This document shows positions 19,492 through 27,737 of a DNA stretch of 55,922 nt, in pieces. The translations under genes were made by a program, and so were the position numbers. Source of the stretch: Ilumatobacteraceae bacterium. Lineage in GTDB: Bacteria > Actinomycetota > Acidimicrobiia > Acidimicrobiales > Ilumatobacteraceae. Where the stretch lies: positions 1 to 55,922 of the forward strand of contig JBIIUH010000001.1 of assembly GCA_044340075.1 (NCBI GenBank), written 5' to 3'. Position 1 is the stretch's first letter, and each line of letters opens with the position of its first letter. Under the pieces are notes generated by a model. The model made no database searches. It was given only the letters and a program-made list of their open reading frames with translations, and was not told the DNA's origin.

Positions 19492-20097
19492 CTACTTCTG
19501 TACGTACACCACGAACCACACGGCGAGGAACATTCCGCCGAGTGCGTACCAATAAAGAGCGTGTGCGGCGAGAACGTCGTGGTCACCCATGCGCCCGGCC
19601 CACACGCGGAACAGTGCGACGAGGGAGTACACGACACCCGACACGATGAGCGCGAGCATCGTTCCGGTGACGGCGTAGAACAGCGTCTCGTAGGCGTCGT
19701 TGCGCAGCTCGAGTCCCATCTGCAGGTAGAGCGCGATTTGTGCGTTGACGAGTGCGAGACCGATCGCGGCGGTGATCGACAGGGCGAGGATCGTGTGCGA
19801 CCTGTCGGCGCGGCGGGCCGAGTAGACGGCCCATTGCGCCATGATGCACACCGCGACGAAGGTGATCATCATCGTGTTCGACGCCACTTCCGGCACCGCA
19901 ACGTCGGCCTTCAGCCAATCCTTGATCATCTTTGCGCCGTCGCTCGACGCGCGCAGCGGTGCCTTCGCACGGAAGTCGAGCCACATCGCGAGCATGCTGC
20001 CGATGAGCGCGGTTGCACCCGCGGCGGCGAATGCGGTCGCGACGAACACCGAACTGCGACGGCGAACGGGACCGGCGGTGAGTGCGGGAACGGTCAT
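19492..20097 (-). CDS. Heme-copper oxidase subunit III-like protein (divergent paralog)
   Basis: 201 aa with 5 predicted TM helices. FYAVTGTMLALIVSG and LYWYALGGMFLAVWFVVYV align with the CtaE motifs. ATGA overlap with the upstream gene. Confidence 0.8.
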   Translation of the reverse strand: MTVPALTAGPVRRRSSVFVATAFAAAGATALIGSMLAMWLDFRAKAPLRASSDGAKMIKDWLKADVAVPEVASNTMMITFVAVCIMAQWAVYSARRADRSHTILALSITAAIGLALVNAQIALYLQMGLELRNDAYETLFYAVTGTMLALIVSGVVYSLVALFRVWAGRMGDHDVLAAHALYWYALGGMFLAVWFVVYVQK

Positions 20098-21608
20098 TGC
20101 GCCACCTCTGCCGTGTCGTAGGGATTCGTCGTCGTCTCGGTGCCGCGCGAACGCGCACCGACGATCACGGCAACGGCGCCGAGCACCGCGAGCACCATCG
20201 CGAGATGGCCGAGTGCGGACACGCCGTTGAGGATTCCGCGCAGACCTGCATCGTCATGCCCGGTCGCCGTGGCGGCGGGCTGGTTGAGGAAGCCGGCAAC
20301 GTAATGCGGCAGGGCGGCGAGAACCACGGCGACGAAACCGAGCAGCGACACGCCGAGAACGGCTCCGGTGGGCAGGACACGCCGCCAGATCGCCGTCGAC
20401 CAATACGCAACGGCGCCGAATGCTCCGAGAACGCTGCCGTAGACGACGTAGACGAGGGCTGCTTCCGTGAACACGGTGCCCTGCAGGTCGGTGGTATCGA
20501 TCATCTGCACGGCGGTGCCGACGAGTCCGGTGAGGATCATGCCGACGCCGAGGAAAGCGGGGACGAACGGTGCCACGAGGCGCGGTGAACCGGCCTTCAG
20601 CGCGAGCAACGCGAGCGCGATGACGATGAGCGGCGCGAGCAGCGGCAACAGATGGAACAGCGCAAAGGGAACGAACGATCCGAGCGTCTCGCCGGGGGTG
20701 TCGCCGACGGTGAACGGGTGACTGCGCTGCGTCACGGAAGCGACGACGGCAACGGCGCAGAGCCCGATCCCGACGAGGACTCCGCCGCGCAGCGGTTGGC
20801 GGGTGCGGGCGGCGACGGCACCGAGGTGACCGAGCACACCGAGCGCGGGAGCGGCAAAGAGGAGCGACTGCGGCTGGTCGAAGAGCCAGGCCAACCACGA
20901 AGCCATGAGTCCGGTGCCGCCGAAGGCAACGCGGGCATTGGCGAAATCAACCCACAAATAGATGACCGTGCCGAGGGCGACGGGCATCGTGAGCACGAGG
21001 CCGACGGTCGACACGAGCACGGCGAAGACGAACACCGACACGGAGTCGAGGGTCGCACCGTTGCGCCGCGTCATCACCGTGGCGGCCAACGAGACGGCCG
21101 TGCACAGGATGCCGACGATGGCGATACCGAGACCGAGCAAGTACAACTCGACGGCGTCGGCGGTACCGCCGCCGGGTCCGCCGTTGGCGATGATCGACGC
21201 AACGACGAGCGCGCCACCGGCCGCCCACATCCAGAACCCGAACGATGCGAGTCGTACGAACGAGACGGTGGCTGCCTTGAGCAGCGAGGGCACGACGAGC
21301 AGTGCGACGCCGAGGAACAGAGGTGCGAGGACACCGAGTACGAGGGCGTAGTGGTACAAGCCGAACAACTGCACGTGTGCACCGGTATCGACGAGTGCAG
21401 CTCCGGCGTCCATGCGCTCGGCGCCGAGCAACGCGCCGAGGACGGCGGCGAGCAACAGCCACACCCCGGTCAATCCGAGGTAGAGGCGGCCGAGGCGAGC
21501 GTGATCAGCAACGGTGAACCACGCCGCAAGGCGGGTGACGGCTGAGGGCTCGTCGGCGACGGGGCGAGACAAAGAAGATGCGTCGGCGACAGACATGATC
21601 ACCGGCAA
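20094..21608 (-). CDS. Heme-copper oxidase subunit I-like protein lacking CuB and heme a3 ligands (divergent paralog)
   Basis: 504-aa polytopic protein collinear with CtaD ([48 protein letters not shown]). The start is uncertain (TTG 21608, GTG 21602 or ATG 21596). Confidence 0.85.
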   Translation of the reverse strand: MPVIMSVADASSLSRPVADEPSAVTRLAAWFTVADHARLGRLYLGLTGVWLLLAAVLGALLGAERMDAGAALVDTGAHVQLFGLYHYALVLGVLAPLFLGVALLVVPSLLKAATVSFVRLASFGFWMWAAGGALVVASIIANGGPGGGTADAVELYLLGLGIAIVGILCTAVSLAATVMTRRNGATLDSVSVFVFAVLVSTVGLVLTMPVALGTVIYLWVDFANARVAFGGTGLMASWLAWLFDQPQSLLFAAPALGVLGHLGAVAARTRQPLRGGVLVGIGLCAVAVVASVTQRSHPFTVGDTPGETLGSFVPFALFHLLPLLAPLIVIALALLALKAGSPRLVAPFVPAFLGVGMILTGLVGTAVQMIDTTDLQGTVFTEAALVYVVYGSVLGAFGAVAYWSTAIWRRVLPTGAVLGVSLLGFVAVVLAALPHYVAGFLNQPAATATGHDDAGLRGILNGVSALGHLAMVLAVLGAVAVIVGARSRGTETTTNPYDTAEVAQ

Positions 21609-21663
21609 GGCTACTCAGAACCGCCCGATTGACCGAACCTCCGCAACCGTTCGGTGTGCCGAA

Positions 21664-22602
21664 CTAGCGCACGAGCACGTCGACGGTGATCGCCACCCCG
21701 ATGAGCGTCACGTAGGAGATGGAGTAGCTGAACACGCGCATCGCCGCCGCCGGCGTGGGTGCGTCACCCAGACGGTACGTGACGACGATGAAGAGCACAC
21801 CGAGCACGACGGCGGCAATCCCGTAAATGACACCCATGTCGGCAACGGGAATGAGCGCGAACGAGCACGCGCACACGACGAGGGTGTACGCACCCATCGT
21901 GCGCACCGTGCGGGCGAGGCTGACGACCACGGGGAGCATCGGCACCGACGCGGCGCGGTAGTCGTCGACGTGGCGAATCGCCAGCGCCCAGAAGTGCGGC
22001 GGGGTCCAGAAGAAGATGAAGAGAAAGAGGATGACCGGGGCCCAGTCGAGACGGCCGGTGACGGCTGCCCAGCCGACGAGAACGGGAACGGCACCCGCTG
22101 CCCCACCGATGACGATGTTCTGACGCGACGTGCGCTTCAACCACAGCGTGTAGATGCCGATGTAAAAGGCGGTCGCCGACAACGCCAGACATGCGGCGAG
22201 CAGGTTGGATGTCGTCCACAGCACGGCAAACGCGGCGACCTCGAGTGCGACGGCGAAGACGAACGCCGCGCGCGGACTCACCATGCCGGTGACGAGCGGT
22301 CGATGCCGCGTGCGCTCCATGAGCGCATCGATGTCGCGGTCGACGAACATGTTCAGCGCGTTGGCACCGCCAGCGGCAAGTGCACCGCCGACCACCGTCC
22401 ACACGACCAGCCACGTCGACGGCCACTCGCCTGCTGCAAGCACCATCGTCGGCACCGTCGTGATGAGGAGCAACTCGATGATCCGTGGCTTCGTCAGCGC
22501 CACGTATGCACCGATGCGCGAACGCGGAGCGCCCGTTCCCGTGTGGGTGAACGCGCGACGACCCAGCCGCGACGGAACCAACGGGCGGCGTCCGAGCATC
22601 AC
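21664..22602 (-). CDS. ctaB: Protoheme IX farnesyltransferase (heme O synthase)
   Basis: UbiA-family motifs YVALTKPRI and [20 protein letters not shown]. 9-TM profile. Confidence 0.93.
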   Translation of the reverse strand: MMLGRRPLVPSRLGRRAFTHTGTGAPRSRIGAYVALTKPRIIELLLITTVPTMVLAAGEWPSTWLVVWTVVGGALAAGGANALNMFVDRDIDALMERTRHRPLVTGMVSPRAAFVFAVALEVAAFAVLWTTSNLLAACLALSATAFYIGIYTLWLKRTSRQNIVIGGAAGAVPVLVGWAAVTGRLDWAPVILFLFIFFWTPPHFWALAIRHVDDYRAASVPMLPVVVSLARTVRTMGAYTLVVCACSFALIPVADMGVIYGIAAVVLGVLFIVVTYRLGDAPTPAAAMRVFSYSISYVTLIGVAITVDVLVR

Positions 22603-22641
22603 GCCGAAAGGCTACGAGGGCCCCGACGGCACAATGGAGCC

Positions 22642-22959
22642 GTGGTCGCAGCGCGCACGTTCACCAATCGCACCGACACCCTGCCCGCCGACACGACGAC
22701 GACCGACACCACCGAGTCGCACGACTCACCGTGGGTCGTCATCGTGTGGAACGACCCGATCAACCTCATGTCCTACGTCACGTGGGTGCTGCAGAAACTG
22801 TTCGGCTATTCGTTGGAAAAAGCGACGGCACTGATGCTCGACGTCCACGAAAAAGGTCGTGCGGTCGTGTCCAACGGGTCGCGCGAGAAGGCGGAGTTTG
22901 ACGTCCACCGGTTGCACGAGCACGGCTTGTGGGCGACGATGCAAAAGGACGACGCGTGA
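22642..22959 (+). CDS. clpS: ATP-dependent Clp protease adaptor ClpS
   Basis: The C-terminal core [26 protein letters not shown]...HEKG.A is diagnostic. GTG 22642 is the nearest plausible in-frame start, so the start is uncertain. Confidence 0.88.
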   Translation: MVAARTFTNRTDTLPADTTTTDTTESHDSPWVVIVWNDPINLMSYVTWVLQKLFGYSLEKATALMLDVHEKGRAVVSNGSREKAEFDVHRLHEHGLWATMQKDDA

Positions 22960-23432
22960 TCGAACGCGTCGGCGACTCGTACCGCATCGTGCTCGACGAC
23001 ACGAGTCGCGCGGTGCTCACGACGGTGCTCGGCGAACTGCGCGACGAGATCACCACCGGCACCGGTGGTCACCTCACCCGACTCTTCCCCGTCGCGTACC
23101 ACGCCGATCCCGTCGCCGACGACGAGTTCCGGCGTTTGATGCACGACGACCTCGCCGCTTCACACCTCGCCGCTCTCGAGACGACCATCACCATGCTCGG
23201 ACGTCACGATGATCTTGGTGCGGAGGAGGTCGAGGCACTCATGCGCTCACTCAACGCAACGCGCCTCGTCCTCGGCACGATCCTCGACGTCACCGACGAC
23301 GATGCCGACGATGAAGAAGAGGACGACCGCGATGCCGACGGGATGGCAGATCACCGACGGCTGTACGCCTTCCTCGGCTGGGCGCTCGGCCACACGCTCG
23401 ACGTTCTCGGTAGCGACCCGACGGGACGCTGA
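22956..23432 (+). CDS. DUF2017-domain protein (conserved partner of actinobacterial clpS)
   Basis: GTG 22956 overlaps the clpS stop (GTGA). The acidic C-terminal tail and the position downstream of clpS are typical of DUF2017. Confidence 0.75.
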   Translation: MIERVGDSYRIVLDDTSRAVLTTVLGELRDEITTGTGGHLTRLFPVAYHADPVADDEFRRLMHDDLAASHLAALETTITMLGRHDDLGAEEVEALMRSLNATRLVLGTILDVTDDDADDEEEDDRDADGMADHRRLYAFLGWALGHTLDVLGSDPTGR

Positions 23433-23468
23433 TAGAGTCCACTTGCTCTTCCAAGGGCACGAATTCCT

Positions 23469-23541
23469 GCCCCCATCGTCTAGTGGCCTAGGACACCACC
23501 CTTTCAAGGTGGCGGCACGGGTTCGAATCCCGTTGGGGGTG
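23469..23541 (+). tRNA. tRNA-Glu (UUC)
   Basis: Hand-folded cloverleaf: acceptor GCCCCCA/TGGGGGT (G1-U72), anticodon loop CTTTCAA, T-loop TTCGAAT. No encoded CCA. Confidence 0.9.
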
Positions 23542-23570
23542 CAAAAGATCAGTTTCGAGTTTTCGAGTCT

Positions 23571-23645
23571 GGTCCCGTGGTGAAGTTTGGAGTTCACGCC
23601 GGCCTGTCAAGCCGGAGGTCGCGGGTTCAAATCCCGTCGGGACCG
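23571..23645 (+). tRNA. tRNA-Asp (GUC)
   Basis: Acceptor GGTCCCG/CGGGACC, anticodon stem CCGGC/GCCGG with loop CTGTCAA, T-loop TTCAAAT. Confidence 0.9.
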
Positions 23646-23671
23646 CAGCGTCGGTGGCAACACCGACACAA

Positions 23672-23744
23672 GGTCGGGTAGCTCAGTTGGCAGAGCACGC
23701 GCCTGAAAAGCGCGGGGTCACCGGATCGACGCCGGTCCCGACCA
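23672..23744 (+). tRNA. tRNA-Phe (GAA), with non-canonical A54 in the T-loop
   Basis: Acceptor GGTCGGG/CCCGACC, D-arm GCTCAGTTGGCAGAGC, anticodon loop CTGAAAA, T-arm ACCGG-ATCGACG-CCGGT. Confidence 0.85.
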
Positions 23745-23782
23745 CAACAGTGTGATGCGTCGTGTCATGATTGCAGATCGTC

Positions 23783-24481
23783 ATGTCGCACGAGAGTGAA
23801 GTCGTCTACTACCACAATGACGAGAGCTCATCCGCAGTTCTCGTGCGAATCTTTCGTCCGCACATTCGCGGTCGCGTTCTCGAAGTGGGTGCGGGGGTCG
23901 GTTTCGTCACTCGCCAGTTGGCTGAATGCACTGACTCCATCATTGCCTGCGAGCCCACGTCTGTTCTGGTCAATCAACTTCGCACGCGCGTCGCTTCACT
24001 TCCGAATGTTGAAGTTCGTCAGGAGACAACTCAACGACTCATAGATGGCGGCTACCGAGAATCCTTTGACACGATCATCTACTTCTCAGTGCTGGAACAC
24101 ATCAAGGATGACGCAGAAGAGGTTCGGCGCGCGTGGGATCTTCTCGCAGATGGCGGACGGCTCCTCGTTCTCGTTCCTGCGCATCAATGGCTGTACGCGA
24201 AGATCGATGAACTGAGCGGTCATTTCCGTCGCTACTCCCGACGCTCGATTCGTGCGCTATTCGGCACCGAATTCAATCCCGTCGAAGTAAGAAACTTCGA
24301 TACCGTCGGGCTTCTGCCCTATTTCATACTCTTTCGTTTGTTGCGAAACACGAACATGTCGGGCGTAACGGCAAGCGTCTACTCCAAGATCGTCATCCGC
24401 GTGTCATATCTGTTGCACGTAGTCACCAGGGGCAGACTCATCGGAAAGAACCTTCTTGTGGTGGCGCACAAGAGCCGATAG
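23783..24481 (+). CDS. Class I SAM-dependent methyltransferase (low-GC, probably horizontally acquired)
   Basis: SAM-binding motif I VLEVGAGVGFVT followed by an acidic loop. ATG 23783 (TTG 23771 is also possible). Clearly lower GC than its flanks. Confidence 0.8.
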   Translation: MSHESEVVYYHNDESSSAVLVRIFRPHIRGRVLEVGAGVGFVTRQLAECTDSIIACEPTSVLVNQLRTRVASLPNVEVRQETTQRLIDGGYRESFDTIIYFSVLEHIKDDAEEVRRAWDLLADGGRLLVLVPAHQWLYAKIDELSGHFRRYSRRSIRALFGTEFNPVEVRNFDTVGLLPYFILFRLLRNTNMSGVTASVYSKIVIRVSYLLHVVTRGRLIGKNLLVVAHKSR

Positions 24482-24489
24482 AAAACCGG

Positions 24490-25059
24490 TTACGAACCGA
24501 AGGCGTACCCGAGATCGGGTGCGGTGAGCATCGGCTCGTAGGCGATGCCCGCGTCACGCGCCATCGCGGCACACGTTCCGCCACGATCGACGATGACGGT
24601 GATGAACACCGGATGTGCACCAACCGCGCGCACGACCTCGACTGCCTCAAAGATCGACGTACCGCGCGTCACCGTGTCCTCGACGATTGCGACACGATCC
24701 CCTTCGCGCAACGCGCCGGCAATGCGACCGGTGATGCCGTGGTCCTTTGCCTCCTTGCGCACGCTGAAACTGCGCAGTTGACGTCCCCGCGCACCGGCGA
24801 GTGCAGCGACGCCGAAGGCGACCGGATCCGCACCCATCGTGAGACCACCGATGGCGTCGATGTCGGCGGGCAGCAGCGACAATGCGACATCGGCGACGAG
24901 CTGGATTCCTTCGCTGCGACATGCGGTCTGCTTCGTGTCGAGGAACCACGTGCTGCTGCGACCGGACTTCAGGGTGAAGTTGCCCGTCTTCAGCGAGTGC
25001 GCAAGGACGTGCTCACGCAACGCGGCACGACGCGCGTCGAGTTCGGGCAGCGTCGTCAC
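24490..25059 (-). CDS. pyrE: Orotate phosphoribosyltransferase
   Basis: FTLKSGRSS..F.D and the PRPP motif VAIVEDTVTRGTS. The GTG start overlaps the purB stop (GTGA). Confidence 0.92.
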   Translation of the reverse strand: MTTLPELDARRAALREHVLAHSLKTGNFTLKSGRSSTWFLDTKQTACRSEGIQLVADVALSLLPADIDAIGGLTMGADPVAFGVAALAGARGRQLRSFSVRKEAKDHGITGRIAGALREGDRVAIVEDTVTRGTSIFEAVEVVRAVGAHPVFITVIVDRGGTCAAMARDAGIAYEPMLTAPDLGYAFGS

Positions 25060-26393
25060 GACGCCGCTCCACCCGGGGCGGTATCGATCGCATCGACGGC
25101 CCGACCCGAGTGACGCACGACGCGGGCGAGGTCGAATGCGTCGGCAATGCGCTCGTCGGACAACACACCGCGGACGCGGGGGTCACCGGCGACGACCGCT
25201 CGGAAATCATCACCGCTCGCGCCGCCGGGGACGGACAACTCCTGCACCAGTTCCTGAACCAGTCGGTACGCATCGTCGCGCGACATCCCCGCTTCGACGA
25301 GCGCGAGGAGCAGCGACTGGGAAAATACGAGACCACCGGTGAGGCCGAGGTTCTCGTGCATCCGTTCGGCGCGCACCTCGAGACCGGAAATAAGGCGGGT
25401 GAGTCGGCGCACCACGTAGTGCGCGAGATGCGCGGAATCGGGAATAACGATCCGCTCGGCGGAGGAATGCGTGATGTCGCGCTCGTGCCACAGGGCGACA
25501 TTGCCGAGACCGGCCTGCAGATTCGATCGCAGCACCCGCGACAAGCCGGTGAGCGTTTCGGCGGAGATCGGGTTGCGCTTGTGCGGCATCGCCGACGAAC
25601 CCTTCTGCCCGCGCCCGAAACCCTCGCGCACCTCGTCGACCTCCGTGCGCTGCAGATGTCGCAGCTCGATCGCGATGCTCTCGACGGTGGTCCCGATGCT
25701 CGCGCACGCCCACAGGAACTCTGCGTGTCGGTCACGCGCGATCACCTGCGTCGCCGGCACGGCACGCAATCCCATCGCCACCGCGACGTGTGCCTCGACG
25801 CGCGGATCGACGTTCGAGTACGTACCGACCGCGCCCGACAACTTGCACACCGAGATGCCGTCGCGCGCCGCACGCAGACGCACCCGATCGCGGCCGACCT
25901 GCAACGCCCACAACGCCACCTTCGCACCGAACGTCGTCGGTTCGGCATGAATGCCGTGCGTGCGGCCGACCATGACGGTGTCGCGGTGCTTGCGGGCGAG
26001 ATCCGACGCGACCGAGAAGAGTTCGCCGAGTGCAGAGTCGATGACGTCACATGCATCGCGCAGCATCGAGCACCATGCCGTGTCGACGACGTCACTGCTC
26101 GTGAGGCCGTGGTGCAACCAGGCACCGTGCGGCATGCCGATGCGTTCCTGCAGGACGTCGACGAACGCCGCGACGTCGTGATTCGTCACTTCCTCGCGCT
26201 GCAACACGGCCGCAACGAATCCGCCGTCGACGTACGGTGCGCGTTGCCGACACTCACGTGCTGCATCGGCGGGAACTGCGCCGACGAGTGCCTGTGCATC
26301 GAGTGCATGCAACTCGACGTCGAGGTACCGGGAAAACCGCGCCGTGTCCGAGAAGATCGCGGTCATTTCGGGCGTCGAATACCTATCGATCAC
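25056..26393 (-). CDS. purB: Adenylosuccinate lyase
   Basis: 445 codons from GTG 26393 (VIDRYSTPEM). Fumarate-lyase signature GSSAMPHKRNP. GTGA overlap with the purA stop. Confidence 0.95.
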   Translation of the reverse strand: MIDRYSTPEMTAIFSDTARFSRYLDVELHALDAQALVGAVPADAARECRQRAPYVDGGFVAAVLQREEVTNHDVAAFVDVLQERIGMPHGAWLHHGLTSSDVVDTAWCSMLRDACDVIDSALGELFSVASDLARKHRDTVMVGRTHGIHAEPTTFGAKVALWALQVGRDRVRLRAARDGISVCKLSGAVGTYSNVDPRVEAHVAVAMGLRAVPATQVIARDRHAEFLWACASIGTTVESIAIELRHLQRTEVDEVREGFGRGQKGSSAMPHKRNPISAETLTGLSRVLRSNLQAGLGNVALWHERDITHSSAERIVIPDSAHLAHYVVRRLTRLISGLEVRAERMHENLGLTGGLVFSQSLLLALVEAGMSRDDAYRLVQELVQELSVPGGASGDDFRAVVAGDPRVRGVLSDERIADAFDLARVVRHSGRAVDAIDTAPGGAAS

Positions 26394-27661
26394 GACCGCA
26401 CCACGCAATCGTCTCGCTCCGGGCCGACACCGACGATCGACACGGGAACACCGACGTGCCGTTCGACGATCTCGAGCAAATGACGCGCCGCGGCGGGCAG
26501 ATCCGCATCCTTGCGACAGTGACGCAGCGCCGTACGCCATCCCGGCAGTTCCTCCCACACGCATTCGACCTTGTCGAGCACCCGCGCGTCGTCGGGATAC
26601 CCGTCGAGGTCCTTTCCATCGAGGCGGTAACCGGTGCACACGCGGATCGTGTCGAAATCGTCGAGGACGTCGAGTTTCGTGAGTGCGATGTCGGTGAGCG
26701 AGTTCACGCGCACGGCGTGACGCAACATGACGAGGTCCAACCACCCGGGTCGGCGGCGACGGCCCGTCACCGTGCCGAACTCGGCGCCGATCTCGACGAT
26801 GCGATCGCCCACGTCTCCGAACACTTCTGTCGGAAACGGTCCACTGCCGACGCGCGTCGTGTACGCCTTGGCAATACCGACGACGCGATCGATGTGACGC
26901 GGTCCGATACCCGATCCGGTGCACGCACCACCCGCCGTCGGACTGCTCGACGTGACGTACGGATACGTGCCGTGATCGAGATCGAGGAACGTCGCCTGCG
27001 CACCCTCGAGAAGGATCGGGTGACGCGCATCGAGCATGTCGTGGAGCAGATTCACCGTGTCGGCGAGATACGGAACGAGACGGCGACCGAGCGCGTCGAA
27101 CGTCGCGACGATGGATGCGATGTCGAGCGGTTCGGCACCGAGTGCAACCAGACGCGCACTTTCCCATTCGGCACGCTCGCGCACGATGCGGCGGAAGTCG
27201 GCGGCGTCGCGCACCGCTGCGGCGCGCACCCCGACGCGCTGCGCCTTGTCGGCGTACGCGGGTCCGATGCCCTTCAGCGTCGTACCGATCTTCGCCTCAC
27301 CGCGCGACGACTCGGCGAGTGCATCGTGGCGCTGGTGCCACGGGAAGATGAGGTGTGCCAATGACGACACCTTCAAGCGCGCGCACGACACGCCCCTCGA
27401 CTCGAGACGGTCGATTTCCTCGAACAAGGTGACGAGATCGACGACGACGCCGTTGCCGATCACCGGAACAACGTGGTCGTACAGCACGCCGCTCGGCACG
27501 AGCTGCAGGGCGTAGCGCTCCGAACCGACGACGACGGTGTGCCCGGCGTTGTGTCCGCCCTGGTAGCGAACGACCGCATCGTGCGAACGGGCCAGCAGAT
27601 CGATGACCTTGGCTTTGCCCTCATCCCCCCACTGGGTACCCACGACGACGGTGACGGGCAT
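26390..27661 (-). CDS. purA: Adenylosuccinate synthetase
   Basis: Starts at MPVTVVVGTQWGDEGKAKVID (P-loop), followed by GGHNAGHT and GIGPAYADK motifs. Confidence 0.96.
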   Translation of the reverse strand: MPVTVVVGTQWGDEGKAKVIDLLARSHDAVVRYQGGHNAGHTVVVGSERYALQLVPSGVLYDHVVPVIGNGVVVDLVTLFEEIDRLESRGVSCARLKVSSLAHLIFPWHQRHDALAESSRGEAKIGTTLKGIGPAYADKAQRVGVRAAAVRDAADFRRIVRERAEWESARLVALGAEPLDIASIVATFDALGRRLVPYLADTVNLLHDMLDARHPILLEGAQATFLDLDHGTYPYVTSSSPTAGGACTGSGIGPRHIDRVVGIAKAYTTRVGSGPFPTEVFGDVGDRIVEIGAEFGTVTGRRRRPGWLDLVMLRHAVRVNSLTDIALTKLDVLDDFDTIRVCTGYRLDGKDLDGYPDDARVLDKVECVWEELPGWRTALRHCRKDADLPAAARHLLEIVERHVGVPVSIVGVGPERDDCVVRS

Positions 27662-27737
27662 TGACGCTCCTATAGATGAGGGACGTGGAACAACGCTACC
27701 CGTCGCACGAGCACATCGCATCGCTAGTTTCATTCGT

